Assembly (NCBI GenBank): GCA_963675525.2
Contig: CAXXSL010000018.1
Coordinates: 51,396-115,395 of the forward strand
From: Anaerohalosphaeraceae bacterium
GTDB taxonomy: Bacteria; Planctomycetota; Phycisphaerae; Sedimentisphaerales; Anaerohalosphaeraceae
Direction: 5' to 3'
Length of the DNA: 64,000 bases
Every line of letters starts with the position of its first letter. Positions within the stretch are counted from its first letter, which is position 1. Made by a program: the position numbers and the translations under genes. Shown here one piece after another: positions 31,731 through 41,725 of the stretch. The notes beneath the pieces are model-generated. The model searched no databases, was not told the origin of the DNA, and was given only the letters and a program-made list of their open reading frames with translations.

Positions 31731-34700
31731 TCAGTCCGAAACAAATTGATAGTGCCCGGATTGTACCTCGTAAACCACGAATTTCCCCTGTTGTTTGAGG
31801 AATGTGACACCGGTGGCGTTTTCTGCTTTTCCTCCTGATTCCAGAATGTTTTCAGGATGTTGTGCCGGAATAAAAACAGTGGCTGTCGTATTCGGGGGAA
31901 TGCTTGCCTCCAATGTAAAACGGCCGTCCCGAATTTCCCAATTAGACACCACCGGGCCCCGGATGGAGCGATAGGATGTTTTTGCCCAGGTTAATTTGCC
32001 CCCCGGCTGAGGGTGAATAATTATTTTTTTAAATGCAGGGCCGTCTGTCTTAATGCCGCCGATATTCTCGAACATCCACTGGGCAACAGCTCCAAAAGAA
32101 TAATGTGCAAATGAGTTCATCCCGGGATCAGCAAAACCTTCTTCCGGAGTCCAGCCGTACCATCGTTCCCAGATGGACGTGGCTCCATTCTTGATCGTAA
32201 ATCCCCAGGAAGGATAGGTTTCTTTATGAAGAAGTTGATAAGCAATATCATTACGCCCGACCTTGGCCAGAGCCAGCATCAGATCTTTTGTGCCGATAAA
32301 GCCGGTTGACAGGTGCCCGTCGCACTCTTTGACTCGCCGAGCAAGATGTTCAGCTGCCAGTTTCTGCTTCGCTTCGTCCAACAGACCGTATGCGATAGCT
32401 AAAACATAGGCTGCCTGAGAATCCCCTTTTATTTTCCCATCGGGTTCGACATACGCCTTATTGAATGAGGTCTTGATTTGCTCAAATAATGCGCTATAGG
32501 CGGCTGCATCATCTGCTTTGCCAAGTGCATCCGCAATCTCAGCAAAAAGGTTCGTACTGAGCCCGAAATAGGCCATGTAAACAACATCGTGGGGGGTTTC
32601 ATCGTCGATATTCAACCAGTCACCAAAACACTGGAATTTTTCGGGCGGAAGGAGTTCCTCGGTGCATCGTTTCCGATTGAACTCAATAAATCGTTTCATG
32701 GCGTCATAATGCATCTCAAGGATACGCGTATCACCGTACATCTGATATATCGTCCACGGGCAAATCACCCCGGCATCGGACCATGCCGGACCGCCATCGG
32801 TCGGGTTGACTTTCAGCGGTGCGTACCGGGGGAATTGACCGTCATCACGCTGAGCATCGGTCAGATCTGTCAGCCACTTTGTAAAGAATGACTGTACGTC
32901 ATTGTTATAACAAGCTGTATTGACATAAACCTGCGCATCACCGGTCCAACCGTATCGTTCATCCCGCTGGGGACAGTCGGTTGGAAGATCAATAAAATTC
33001 ATTCGCTGTGTCCAGACAATATTGGAATAGAGCTGGTTGACCATCGCGTCTGAACACTCGAAGCTACCGACCACAGGGGTATCACTGGTAAGAGCTAATC
33101 CGGTAACGGTATCTAAGTCCGGTTTTTTGTCCAACCCGGTAACTTCTACATATTGGAATCCATGCTGCGTTAAATGCGGCTGCCAGACTTCCGTTTTGCC
33201 GCTTCCTTTGCATATATAAACATCAGTGGCTGAAGCGGTTCGCAGGTTCGTTGTGTATATCGTTCCGTTTGGATTCAGGCGTTCGGCATGACGCAGTTGT
33301 ATTCTCTGGCCTTTTTGGCCTTTGACCTGAATACGAATAATTCCCGCAAAGTTTTGACCCATATCAAAAACGTATTTGCCGCGTACAGATTCGGAAACAG
33401 AAACAGGTCTGATGGCTGAAAAGACTGTAACCGGTTCAGTAACAGCCGCCTGCACCTGAGGATGAACCTCCGTGTCATTGACAATGACTGGCTGCCACGC
33501 GGAATCGTCAAATTTCGGCATATTCCAGCCGGGCATCTCTTTGCGGGCATCGTAACCCTCTCCCTGAAGTAAATCCGCATATAGAATCGGACCTGTCGAT
33601 ACCTTCCAATCTTTTCCCGTCGCAATGACCTGTGTTGTGCCGTCTTCGTATTCAATATTCAATTGTGCTAAAAGACCGGTCTTGCGACCGTAATGGTTTC
33701 GACGCAATCCGCCGCCGACATAGCCGGCGTACCAGCCATCCGCTAAAATCCCGCCAACCGCATTATGGCCGCTTTGGAGTTGGTCTGTCACGTCATAGGT
33801 GCGGTAATAAACCCGTTTTCGGTAATCGGTCCAGCCGGGTGACAGATAATCGTCTGTGACGCGCTGTCCATTGACGAAACATTGGTAAATTCCCAGTGCG
33901 GTAGCATAGAGACTGGCACGTTTAATTTTTTTATCACTTATTACGAAATCCCTGCGAAAATAACGGGCCGGGGGAGTCAATCGTTCTAACGCTTCTGTCT
34001 TTTGCCATGGAGCAATCCCGAGCGGGCCGATTACGCTTGCCTTTGACCAGTTGGAGTCGTCAAAGTGTTCCTTTCTCCATTCCGACTGCTCGGCCGTACT
34101 CAGCAACCATTGGTCGTCCGTTGCAAATTCCACGACTCGACCATCCATTGATTCGATACGAATAGCTGCAATAAAACCGGCAGGAGAAGCTTTGTCGCCA
34201 TCGTTCCTGGCCTGAAATGCAAGAATGTTTTGTCCGGATTTAAGGTAATCAATGATCGAAACTTCATAAATAACTTTCTTGTTACGAAATCTTCTATGCA
34301 GTTTCCCGTTGATATGCAACTCAATAAAATCATCCGCCGTGTAAAAACAAACCGCTTTGCTGGTAATCCAATCATCGGGCAGATTAAATACTTTTCTGAA
34401 ATAACAGGTTCCCGGATCAACCCCGTTATTGGCATTTGAGTCTGACCATATCCAGTTTGCACGACTCAGCACATCCGGCGCTGGAATCGGCTTTTCTTCA
34501 ATATCATATCCAATCCATTCGGCTTGCCAGTCATTGGGACCGAGTAGTCCCATGGACCATTTAGTCGGTCGACTCCAGCCGGAAGGGATGTCGCTTGCGT
34601 CCCAAACTCGAACCTTCCAGAAATAAACATGATCAGATGTAAGCGGTTTTCCTGCGTAGACAATCGCAATTGTCTCATCGCTTTGAACTTTTCCTGAATC

Positions 34701-34967
34701 CCACATGTCAGGTTGATCGTTTTTGAGAAGCTGCGCATCCGACGCAACGTATACCTGATAGGCGGTTTGTTTTTGGCTGCGCTGTCCGGATTCGAACACC
34801 CAGCTTAAACGCGGAGCAGTAATGTCAATGCCCGCGGGTTTGGTTCGATACTCACAGCGAAGTGATGTCGGCGAGTGCTTATGGCCAGCCGGACTAAGAA
34901 GGCTTTGACAGCCGGTACAGACAAATAAACCAATACTAAACACACTCAGAGCTAAAATTCGATTCAT
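31731..34967 (-). CDS. GH78 alpha-L-rhamnosidase, probable lipoprotein
   Basis: PTDCPQRDERYGWTGDA, GATSIWERW, MNSFAHY; lipobox VCTGC with start at ATG 34967. Confidence 0.93.
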   Translation of the reverse strand: MNRILALSVFSIGLFVCTGCQSLLSPAGHKHSPTSLRCEYRTKPAGIDITAPRLSWVFESGQRSQKQTAYQVYVASDAQLLKNDQPDMWDSGKVQSDETIAIVYAGKPLTSDHVYFWKVRVWDASDIPSGWSRPTKWSMGLLGPNDWQAEWIGYDIEEKPIPAPDVLSRANWIWSDSNANNGVDPGTCYFRKVFNLPDDWITSKAVCFYTADDFIELHINGKLHRRFRNKKVIYEVSIIDYLKSGQNILAFQARNDGDKASPAGFIAAIRIESMDGRVVEFATDDQWLLSTAEQSEWRKEHFDDSNWSKASVIGPLGIAPWQKTEALERLTPPARYFRRDFVISDKKIKRASLYATALGIYQCFVNGQRVTDDYLSPGWTDYRKRVYYRTYDVTDQLQSGHNAVGGILADGWYAGYVGGGLRRNHYGRKTGLLAQLNIEYEDGTTQVIATGKDWKVSTGPILYADLLQGEGYDARKEMPGWNMPKFDDSAWQPVIVNDTEVHPQVQAAVTEPVTVFSAIRPVSVSESVRGKYVFDMGQNFAGIIRIQVKGQKGQRIQLRHAERLNPNGTIYTTNLRTASATDVYICKGSGKTEVWQPHLTQHGFQYVEVTGLDKKPDLDTVTGLALTSDTPVVGSFECSDAMVNQLYSNIVWTQRMNFIDLPTDCPQRDERYGWTGDAQVYVNTACYNNDVQSFFTKWLTDLTDAQRDDGQFPRYAPLKVNPTDGGPAWSDAGVICPWTIYQMYGDTRILEMHYDAMKRFIEFNRKRCTEELLPPEKFQCFGDWLNIDDETPHDVVYMAYFGLSTNLFAEIADALGKADDAAAYSALFEQIKTSFNKAYVEPDGKIKGDSQAAYVLAIAYGLLDEAKQKLAAEHLARRVKECDGHLSTGFIGTKDLMLALAKVGRNDIAYQLLHKETYPSWGFTIKNGATSIWERWYGWTPEEGFADPGMNSFAHYSFGAVAQWMFENIGGIKTDGPAFKKIIIHPQPGGKLTWAKTSYRSIRGPVVSNWEIRDGRFTLEASIPPNTTATVFIPAQHPENILESGGKAENATGVTFLKQQGKFVVYEVQSGHYQFVSD

Positions 34968-35005
34968 TTTAATCTTCCCGTTAAAATAGTTTTCTTTGAG
35001 AAACA

Positions 35006-38000
35006 TTACTGAAGCTTGGCCGTCAGGCGTGACAGCTCATCGATATGGCCGATTTCCTTGCCGTCAGCAAAAATGCGAAATCCCTTGCCTTTGTTATATT
35101 TTTCGCCCGTTCGATCCCACAAAATCGTGAGTGTTTTCCCATGATAGGCCACCTTGTCCAGACAGAACCAATCCCAAGTCTGGGCCGGAATTAAAGGATC
35201 CGCCTCAACAATATCATCGGCGTGGGGGACCAGTCCGGCCAATCCGGTAATAACCAGATCACAGAAAGTCGAATGATTATAATATCGGTTTCGATCCGTA
35301 TCCGGTGTTAACCACGTCCCATTGATCTCATCGAGATATTCTCCGATATGAGGTTTGTTATTATATTGGTGTGAGCGAGCATACGTCTGCAATGCCTCAA
35401 AATAATCTTCTTTGCTCACATACGTCTGCTCATAATGCCGCAGCAGATTTGCCATTGCTGTGAGGGTTTGGCTGGTAGCATACGGCCATACGGCCCCATC
35501 CCATTCGCAGGTGCCAACCCCATGACTGCGAAACTCCGGATGACGGCGTTCAGCGGTCGTGATTCCCATCGGCGCTTTGAAGCCCTGTGGGTCAGTCAAC
35601 TGCTGCCATGCCTTTTCATAGCCGCTGTCCGGCAGGTTAAAATACCAGGGGATATAGCCGATTTCCTCGCGAACATTGGCGAATGTTCCATCCGGGTGAC
35701 GCACCACAAAAAATGATGCGCTATCATCCCACAACAGTTCCTGAACCAATGATTTCAGGTCGGCTGCTTTTTGAGCATACTCCCGGGCTAATTCCGGGCG
35801 CCCTGCCATCTCAGCTACCTTCGAAATCGCCATGGCATTGGCAAACATATAACAGTTCAGCGGCGGTCGCATATTTTTAACTTTTCGGCCACCGCTAATG
35901 GATTCCTCCATTGCATCCCGGACATCGTATTGCCACAAAAGGCCGTTATCCACACCTTTTAGTTCGACCCATCTCTGGTAATCCTGCACAAACGCATCCA
36001 ACAGATCAATTAAAAGGAGTTTGTCCTGAGTGACCAGGTATCGGCGATACAACGATGCAGGGGCCCAGTTGCTGTATTTGTGCAAGTGCGGTTGGAAGGT
36101 CCCATTATTGCCCGTGTACCAGAAGCGGGCGTACTGGTCAATATACTTCGGATCCCGCAGCCACCTGCCTTCGTTAACGTGATGGCCGATCGCACAACTG
36201 ATGGTATTGTATTTTCCGCTGTGGCCAACCTTGTCAAGAAATTCAGTAAAGACATAGCCGTCCGGTGTTTTTTTCAAATGCTTGCGAAAAGTCCACCAGC
36301 GATAATAATAGATTTGCTCAACGGTCTTGTCAGGGCATTCAAAAAAAGGAATATTGTCTTTCATCCAATCCCACGACTCGGCATTTGAAACTTCATTGAC
36401 AATATTTTCCTTCTCCATGGTGTTAAAATAGTCTACGTAATGCTGGAATGTCTTCGGCTGTAAAACAGACGGCTCAGAGCCGGTCGCCTGGAAATCTTTA
36501 ATGTAATACACTCCCGCCGGGGCCGGCTCGTCAGCTCCCGGTTCATCGGTGCCCGCGACAGTCGCGCTGCCGCTCTTATATTTCTGGACATCGTCCGTAA
36601 GTCGATAATCGCCGGTTCTGAAGACAATTCTTTCCGGAAGCCCCTCGGTAACCGAAAAAGAGGTGTCTTTTACGATTGCATCCCCATCCAATTGAACGGA
36701 AAATTGCTGTTTTGATGCATCAACCTGAAAGTTAACTGAATACCATTGCCCGGCATTCAATGTCGTTGCGGGCTGATAGGTCTGATCTCCATTTTTGACT
36801 AACAATTGACGGTCTTTATCAAGCCGGCTTTGAATCAGACGGTTGCCATTGGCCGATACAATTTCAATATCCAGAACCTCTTTGGATGATTCAACATACA
36901 GGTCGAACGAAAGCGAAAGGGCTGATGATTTTTGAAACACTCTCACGGCTTTAGCATAGTCACAGGCGTCAACATCTTTCAGACGCATGCTTTTTTCAGT
37001 TGCGCTTGGAAAGTCCACGACTTCGATGGGACACCATCTCGGAGAATAGATATTCCATCCTTCAATGACGCCACCGGTTACCATTTGGGTGAAATCATCC
37101 CGAACAGGCCCCTGGACCCGACTTTGAACCGGAATCGGCACACGGGAAATCCAGATGTCTTCTTTATTGGAAGAATAAACAACCCATAAGTCATCGCCGG
37201 GAGGATTGCCGTTGCCCTCGATAATGCCGCGAACATATTGTGCCCCCGGGCGCTTCTCGCGTCCCCAGAAGCGCTTGACAGGGAGTTCACTATGAACGTT
37301 AGCAAGATGGTCGTAATAAACACCGTCGTTACTGGTGGTAACACACAGCGGATGGCGGGCCGGGGTACCGGTAGGATTATAAACCAAGGCATATTGACCG
37401 TTATCCAGCTTTTGGGCCCATATTTTTGCGCCTCCGTAAGTAAGTGTTTGGCACTGAACCAGCGGCGACCAGGTTTCTCCGCCATCTCGTGTCATCGTCG
37501 TCCAGCGGCTTTTAAAAAAACCCACCACCGCTCCATCCGGGCGTGTGTAAAAACAAAACGCCTTAGCCGGCTCACTTTGTTCCTTATCGCCGCCCCAGGA
37601 CACGCGATAAAATTCGTCTCTGTCTTTGGCTTCACGATCCTCTTCCCACCATTGAACTCGGCGAATTTTATCGTTCAGGAAACTGTTGCAGGCCTCGACA
37701 AATTCGGCATCACTCGAAGCGGTATAAAGCGGATATTTAACCTCGCCGGTCCAGTTATCATTCACGCGGATAAAATAAATCGGCCCCAGTGAATCGTCCG
37801 GGTAAATTTCGCGTACAACCCGGCCGATACCATCTCCGTAAGGCGGACCGTAAAAAGCCATCGTTAAAAACCGCCCATTCGGAGCCACGTAAAAACCCAT
37901 CCGCTGATGCATAAAGTGGAATATAATTTTTTGCGCATCCTCAGGGTCGTGCGTGAAATAAATGGGAAACAGCACCTGAGGTTTCGTCCAGTGCTTGCCG

Positions 38001-38359
38001 TCCAAAGAGCGTGTCAGCATCGTCACTCCCGGCGGGATATGCTCCCCGGTAACATTGTTCAAATACTGACAATAAAATTGTCCATTCGCATAAGCCAGCA
38101 TTGGAGCATGGTTATACGTCCAGCCCAAGCCATCGGACCATTCCGGGTGTGTGCGGTTGGCACGCATAATCTGGTAATTTTGCACGCCGATTGCCACCGG
38201 CATCTGTCCGTCGTGATATCCGTCTTTATAACCACTGTTGGATGTATTGACTGCCCCGATATAACGCACGGGTTCTTCCTCGTCGCCAACCGCCGCCAAA
38301 AGAAGACTGTGAAACAACACAACAGAGAATAATACTAAAATATGCCGCTTGTATTTCAT
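35006..38359 (-). CDS. Bimodular glycosidase resembling BT1020: GH143-like DHA hydrolase + GH142-like beta-L-arabinofuranosidase
   Basis: N-terminal HDGQ..MRANRTHPE..GWTYNHAPMLAY, MHQRMGFY, QYVRGI sialidase-like propeller; C-terminal NIPFFECPD..YYYRWW, DAMEES, CEWDGAVWPY, YNHSTF (alpha/alpha)6 domain. Confidence 0.75.
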   Translation of the reverse strand: MKYKRHILVLFSVVLFHSLLLAAVGDEEEPVRYIGAVNTSNSGYKDGYHDGQMPVAIGVQNYQIMRANRTHPEWSDGLGWTYNHAPMLAYANGQFYCQYLNNVTGEHIPPGVTMLTRSLDGKHWTKPQVLFPIYFTHDPEDAQKIIFHFMHQRMGFYVAPNGRFLTMAFYGPPYGDGIGRVVREIYPDDSLGPIYFIRVNDNWTGEVKYPLYTASSDAEFVEACNSFLNDKIRRVQWWEEDREAKDRDEFYRVSWGGDKEQSEPAKAFCFYTRPDGAVVGFFKSRWTTMTRDGGETWSPLVQCQTLTYGGAKIWAQKLDNGQYALVYNPTGTPARHPLCVTTSNDGVYYDHLANVHSELPVKRFWGREKRPGAQYVRGIIEGNGNPPGDDLWVVYSSNKEDIWISRVPIPVQSRVQGPVRDDFTQMVTGGVIEGWNIYSPRWCPIEVVDFPSATEKSMRLKDVDACDYAKAVRVFQKSSALSLSFDLYVESSKEVLDIEIVSANGNRLIQSRLDKDRQLLVKNGDQTYQPATTLNAGQWYSVNFQVDASKQQFSVQLDGDAIVKDTSFSVTEGLPERIVFRTGDYRLTDDVQKYKSGSATVAGTDEPGADEPAPAGVYYIKDFQATGSEPSVLQPKTFQHYVDYFNTMEKENIVNEVSNAESWDWMKDNIPFFECPDKTVEQIYYYRWWTFRKHLKKTPDGYVFTEFLDKVGHSGKYNTISCAIGHHVNEGRWLRDPKYIDQYARFWYTGNNGTFQPHLHKYSNWAPASLYRRYLVTQDKLLLIDLLDAFVQDYQRWVELKGVDNGLLWQYDVRDAMEESISGGRKVKNMRPPLNCYMFANAMAISKVAEMAGRPELAREYAQKAADLKSLVQELLWDDSASFFVVRHPDGTFANVREEIGYIPWYFNLPDSGYEKAWQQLTDPQGFKAPMGITTAERRHPEFRSHGVGTCEWDGAVWPYATSQTLTAMANLLRHYEQTYVSKEDYFEALQTYARSHQYNNKPHIGEYLDEINGTWLTPDTDRNRYYNHSTFCDLVITGLAGLVPHADDIVEADPLIPAQTWDWFCLDKVAYHGKTLTILWDRTGEKYNKGKGFRIFADGKEIGHIDELSRLTAKLQ

Positions 38360-38407
38360 CGTTTTTTCCAATACTCATTTTCGGTTTGGGTTAAAAGGCT
38401 GACTATT

Positions 38408-38790
38408 TTACTCAACCCGCCGGATTCTCAGTACCATATACGGTTTACCGGGCATGGTTATCGTCGACTTCACTATTGCTTCTTTGCGTCCGGAGTGGAC
38501 ATTATCGGGGGTGACATTCCCCAAGGCTTCATGATACCGCTGTCCGTTATGCCAGGCAACAAATTTTGCAATTTCTTTTTCCAACTGATCGGGGTGCTTA
38601 AAGACCAGTAATACAATTTTTTCTTTCAGGCTGCGATGGTAACCTTCGATCTTGCCATTGGTTTGAGAATGGTGCGATGAAGCCAGGATACGCTCGATCC
38701 TTTTTTGCTCCAGATACTGCCCAAATGCCTCACTGATCAATACCGAGCCACGATCACTTAACAGCCGGGGATTCTGATAATCCGGCACCG
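38408..38790 (-). pseudogene. Degenerate IS3/IS481-like DDE transposase (rve core) fragment
   Basis: LLSDRGS..SQTNGKIEGYHRSLK..HNGQRYHEALGNVTP; N-terminal part missing. Confidence 0.8.
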
Positions 38791-38854
38791 GCGACACACG
38801 GATTTTTTAAACCTTTTTTCAGGATTTCATAACCACAGGCATATCAATAGTTTA
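38787..38854 (-). mobile_element. tRNA-Phe-derived att-like scar with IHF consensus site
   Basis: CGACACACGGATTTT (38792-38806) is identical to 55419-55433; TATCAATAGTTTA (38842-38854) fits WATCAANNNNTTR exactly. Confidence 0.6.
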
Positions 38855-38996
38855 CAGCTTTTCTAAAAAGGACTTATGTAGTGAAATAGTCATAGTCTGC
38901 AAATAGTACAAAAATATAACAATCGATAGAATAACTTTCGTCCCGAACAGGTTTAAGTTCTTTCAATAGAAATAGTTATGAATGAATGAATAATAT

Positions 38997-39872
38997 TTAC
39001 ACCCCACTGCCAGGGAGTCTATGGGAATTTCGATACTCACGGGGAGTGCAACGGCAAAGCAGTTTGAACGAGGAGTTGAATCTGCTCAGTGAATTAAAGC
39101 CGGATTCAAAAGCTATCTCAAGAATTTTTTTATTGGATGTGACAAGTAAACGTTGCGCATGCTGGACACGATGATGAATCACAAAGTGGTTTAACGTTAT
39201 TCCAAAGGTTTTCTTAAAGGCATAGGCTGCGTAATCCGGGTGTAAACCGACTGCCTGGGCAATATCTGACAGGCAAATCTGACTCGTATAGTTCTGTGCA
39301 ATGAATTTTGCCATACTTTCAATTTTACTGAAGTCATAGGTCCCGATCGACCTTGTACTGTGGCCGGAAGATGGTTCGACCGATGCTGTTTTGTTCTGCT
39401 CTAAATTCCGTGCAAGACGCAGAAGACGTGCTCTTATTTCGAGTAATACTATTTCGTAAGTTGCAGTCGAATCCTCATTGATATCTCGAAACCACTGTTC
39501 AAATAAAAGCTCATCATAAGAAGCTGATGTGTCGACCTCTTGTATCAGTTGACCATTTAGAATCAGCGTTTTGATTCTCTCTGGCAGGCCCCAATCAAGT
39601 ACCCACGGCAATGGAAGCGTTATGACATAGTAGGACTCCAAGTCTTCAAAATCCACAATTTGGTGGGGTGTGGAAGCCCAAAATAATGCGAGTTTTCCAC
39701 CTTCAACGGTGATCCGTTCACCCCATAAAAGATATGTCAGCTTTCCACGGACAAAAAAGTTCAGCTCGATCTCAGCGTGCTTGTCAGGTCGATTCATCAG
39801 TTTGGGTTCCCACTGCGCGCAGGTGAAACCATAAGGTGTGAATTCTTTTCGTTTATGGTCAAAATGTTCCAT
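38997..39872 (-). CDS. AraC-family transcriptional regulator (MelR-like)
   Basis: Cupin N-terminus (H.EIELNF, FWASTPHQ); C-terminal IAQAVGLHPDY..IAFESGFNSLSRF..TPREYR. Start probably ATG 39872. Confidence 0.92.
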   Translation of the reverse strand: MEHFDHKRKEFTPYGFTCAQWEPKLMNRPDKHAEIELNFFVRGKLTYLLWGERITVEGGKLALFWASTPHQIVDFEDLESYYVITLPLPWVLDWGLPERIKTLILNGQLIQEVDTSASYDELLFEQWFRDINEDSTATYEIVLLEIRARLLRLARNLEQNKTASVEPSSGHSTRSIGTYDFSKIESMAKFIAQNYTSQICLSDIAQAVGLHPDYAAYAFKKTFGITLNHFVIHHRVQHAQRLLVTSNKKILEIAFESGFNSLSRFNSSFKLLCRCTPREYRNSHRLPGSGV

Positions 39873-39956
39873 AAATCTAAGTATATGACAACTTATCACG
39901 CTAATCAAGAAGGAAATACTTCTTTTCTCTTGTATTATTATCTATAGAATGCTACT

Positions 39957-39990
39957 TAATATCTTGCATGAACAATACAAGATCTTGTAG
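39957..39990. promoter_or_regulatory. Candidate AraC-family operator in the divergent promoter
   Basis: ATCTTG at 39961 and 39982 (21-bp period); perfect palindrome TACAAGATCTTGTA at 39976-39989. Confidence 0.35.
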
Positions 39991-40055
39991 GTTGAGAATT
40001 TTAAATTGTGATGAATTAACGAACTGAGAGAATGGCTGTTTAAGGAAAGATAATT

Positions 40056-41072
40056 ATGAAAAAAAAGAGATCTTACATCATCACGGAAATACCGGGAAGA
40101 ATAATTGTCATACTCCTGGTTGGTTTAGTGATTACGTCCCTGAGTTGGATCTGTGGTTGTAAGCAAAAGAACGACCAATCGAGTTCCAGCGATGTCGAGA
40201 TGAAACAGAAAATTGCTGTTGTTATTTCGACGTTAAATAATCCTTGGTTTGTGGTTCTGGGGGATGCCGCCAAAGGCCGAGCCCAAGAACTTGGCTATAA
40301 AGCGGTCGTTTTTGACTCCCAGAACAATACGGCCAGAGAAACGTCTCATTTTGAAAATATTATTGCCGGGGGCTACCAGGCAATTCTTTTTAATCCGACC
40401 GATGCCGATGCTTCGATCACAAATGTCAGGAAAGCAAAAAAAGCTGGAATTCCCGTATTCTGCATCGACAGAGAGATCAACTCGAATCAAGACGCGACGG
40501 CCCAGATTCTCTCGGATAATTATACAGGCTGTGTCGCAATCGGTGAATACTTTGTTAAAGAAGTGGGTGAACAGGGCACATATATCGAGTTGCTGGGAAT
40601 TCTGGGCGACAATAATACACGTAACCGATCGGACGGGTTTCACTTTGTCGTGGATAAATACAAAGGCTTGAAAATGGTTGCTCAACAATCTGCGGGATTC
40701 GACCGAACCAGGGCTTTTGACATAACGAACACCCTGCTTGGGGATAATCCGGATGTCGATGCTGTTTTCTGCGGCAATGATGCGATGGCAATGGGTGCCT
40801 ATCAGGCGCTGATTGCCGCCGGAAAAGTTGACTCGGTCAAGGTATTTGGCTTTGACGGAGCCGCAGATGTCCTAAAATCCATTTCCGAAGGAAAGATTAA
40901 AGCAACAGGAATGCAGTTTCCTAAACGAATGGCACGTACAGCAGCAGAGTTTGCCGATGCGTACATAAAGGGTAAACGTGACTTCGAGCAAAAGATACCG
41001 GTCCCCGTGGAACTGGTTACGGTTGATAATGTCGACAAATATTTTGACTACGAAAAGAAAGCTTTGGAATGA
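40056..41072 (+). CDS. Sugar ABC transporter substrate-binding lipoprotein (RbsB-like; D-apiose candidate)
   Basis: Lipobox [33 protein letters not shown]. Confidence 0.88.
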   Translation: MKKKRSYIITEIPGRIIVILLVGLVITSLSWICGCKQKNDQSSSSDVEMKQKIAVVISTLNNPWFVVLGDAAKGRAQELGYKAVVFDSQNNTARETSHFENIIAGGYQAILFNPTDADASITNVRKAKKAGIPVFCIDREINSNQDATAQILSDNYTGCVAIGEYFVKEVGEQGTYIELLGILGDNNTRNRSDGFHFVVDKYKGLKMVAQQSAGFDRTRAFDITNTLLGDNPDVDAVFCGNDAMAMGAYQALIAAGKVDSVKVFGFDGAADVLKSISEGKIKATGMQFPKRMARTAAEFADAYIKGKRDFEQKIPVPVELVTVDNVDKYFDYEKKALE

Positions 41073-41725
41073 AGAGATTGGTTTTAAAAAAACCGTTGCT
41101 ATGGCTCATCGCCGGTTGCGTTATCGGCGGCATGCTTTATGCCTTTCCGCCTTTTCACATCGTACCTCTGGATGAAGCGAGGGCCAAATCCCAGGCGCAG
41201 GTCTTCAATGCCAATCTGTTTGCTGTTGATTTCTGGCAGAACCAGTTGACCGGATCGCTTAACAGTGCGGTTGAAGCCAGGGAGGTTCTGGATGCTATCG
41301 GCCGTGACCGCCAGGCTGCCAAAAATCGCTACGGGCGAGTTGTGGGATTAGACGGCCCCCATCATTATTTCCTAAAAGGGACCGGCAGGATAATTGCCAT
41401 GCACGACCGACAGGTAGAGATAGCCTTAGACGGCAATGATACCGACCGGCCGGATGTGATTTTGGTAACATCAATGATCTTCGGCAACGAAGTTCTCAAC
41501 GCCACAGGATTACTCAGCCGAAGCCAGTTCCAGCGGACCAATGATTATAACGCAATTTCAGCGGAAGTGAACAAAATCGTGGAAACTCAAGTTGTTCCTC
41601 CTTTTCTGGAAAAAGCCAAAATCGGTGCGACGATCCATTTTGTCGGTTGTTCATTGAAGATTTCTGACGATGACCCGACGTCTATTCCCATGCATCTGGT
41701 GCCTGTTAAGCTGGAGGCCGAGTAG
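41069..41725 (+). CDS. DUF2291-family ABC-associated protein
   Basis: N-terminal anchor; [27 protein letters not shown] pattern; lies between the SBP and ATPase genes. Confidence 0.75.
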   Translation: MKRLVLKKPLLWLIAGCVIGGMLYAFPPFHIVPLDEARAKSQAQVFNANLFAVDFWQNQLTGSLNSAVEAREVLDAIGRDRQAAKNRYGRVVGLDGPHHYFLKGTGRIIAMHDRQVEIALDGNDTDRPDVILVTSMIFGNEVLNATGLLSRSQFQRTNDYNAISAEVNKIVETQVVPPFLEKAKIGATIHFVGCSLKISDDDPTSIPMHLVPVKLEAE

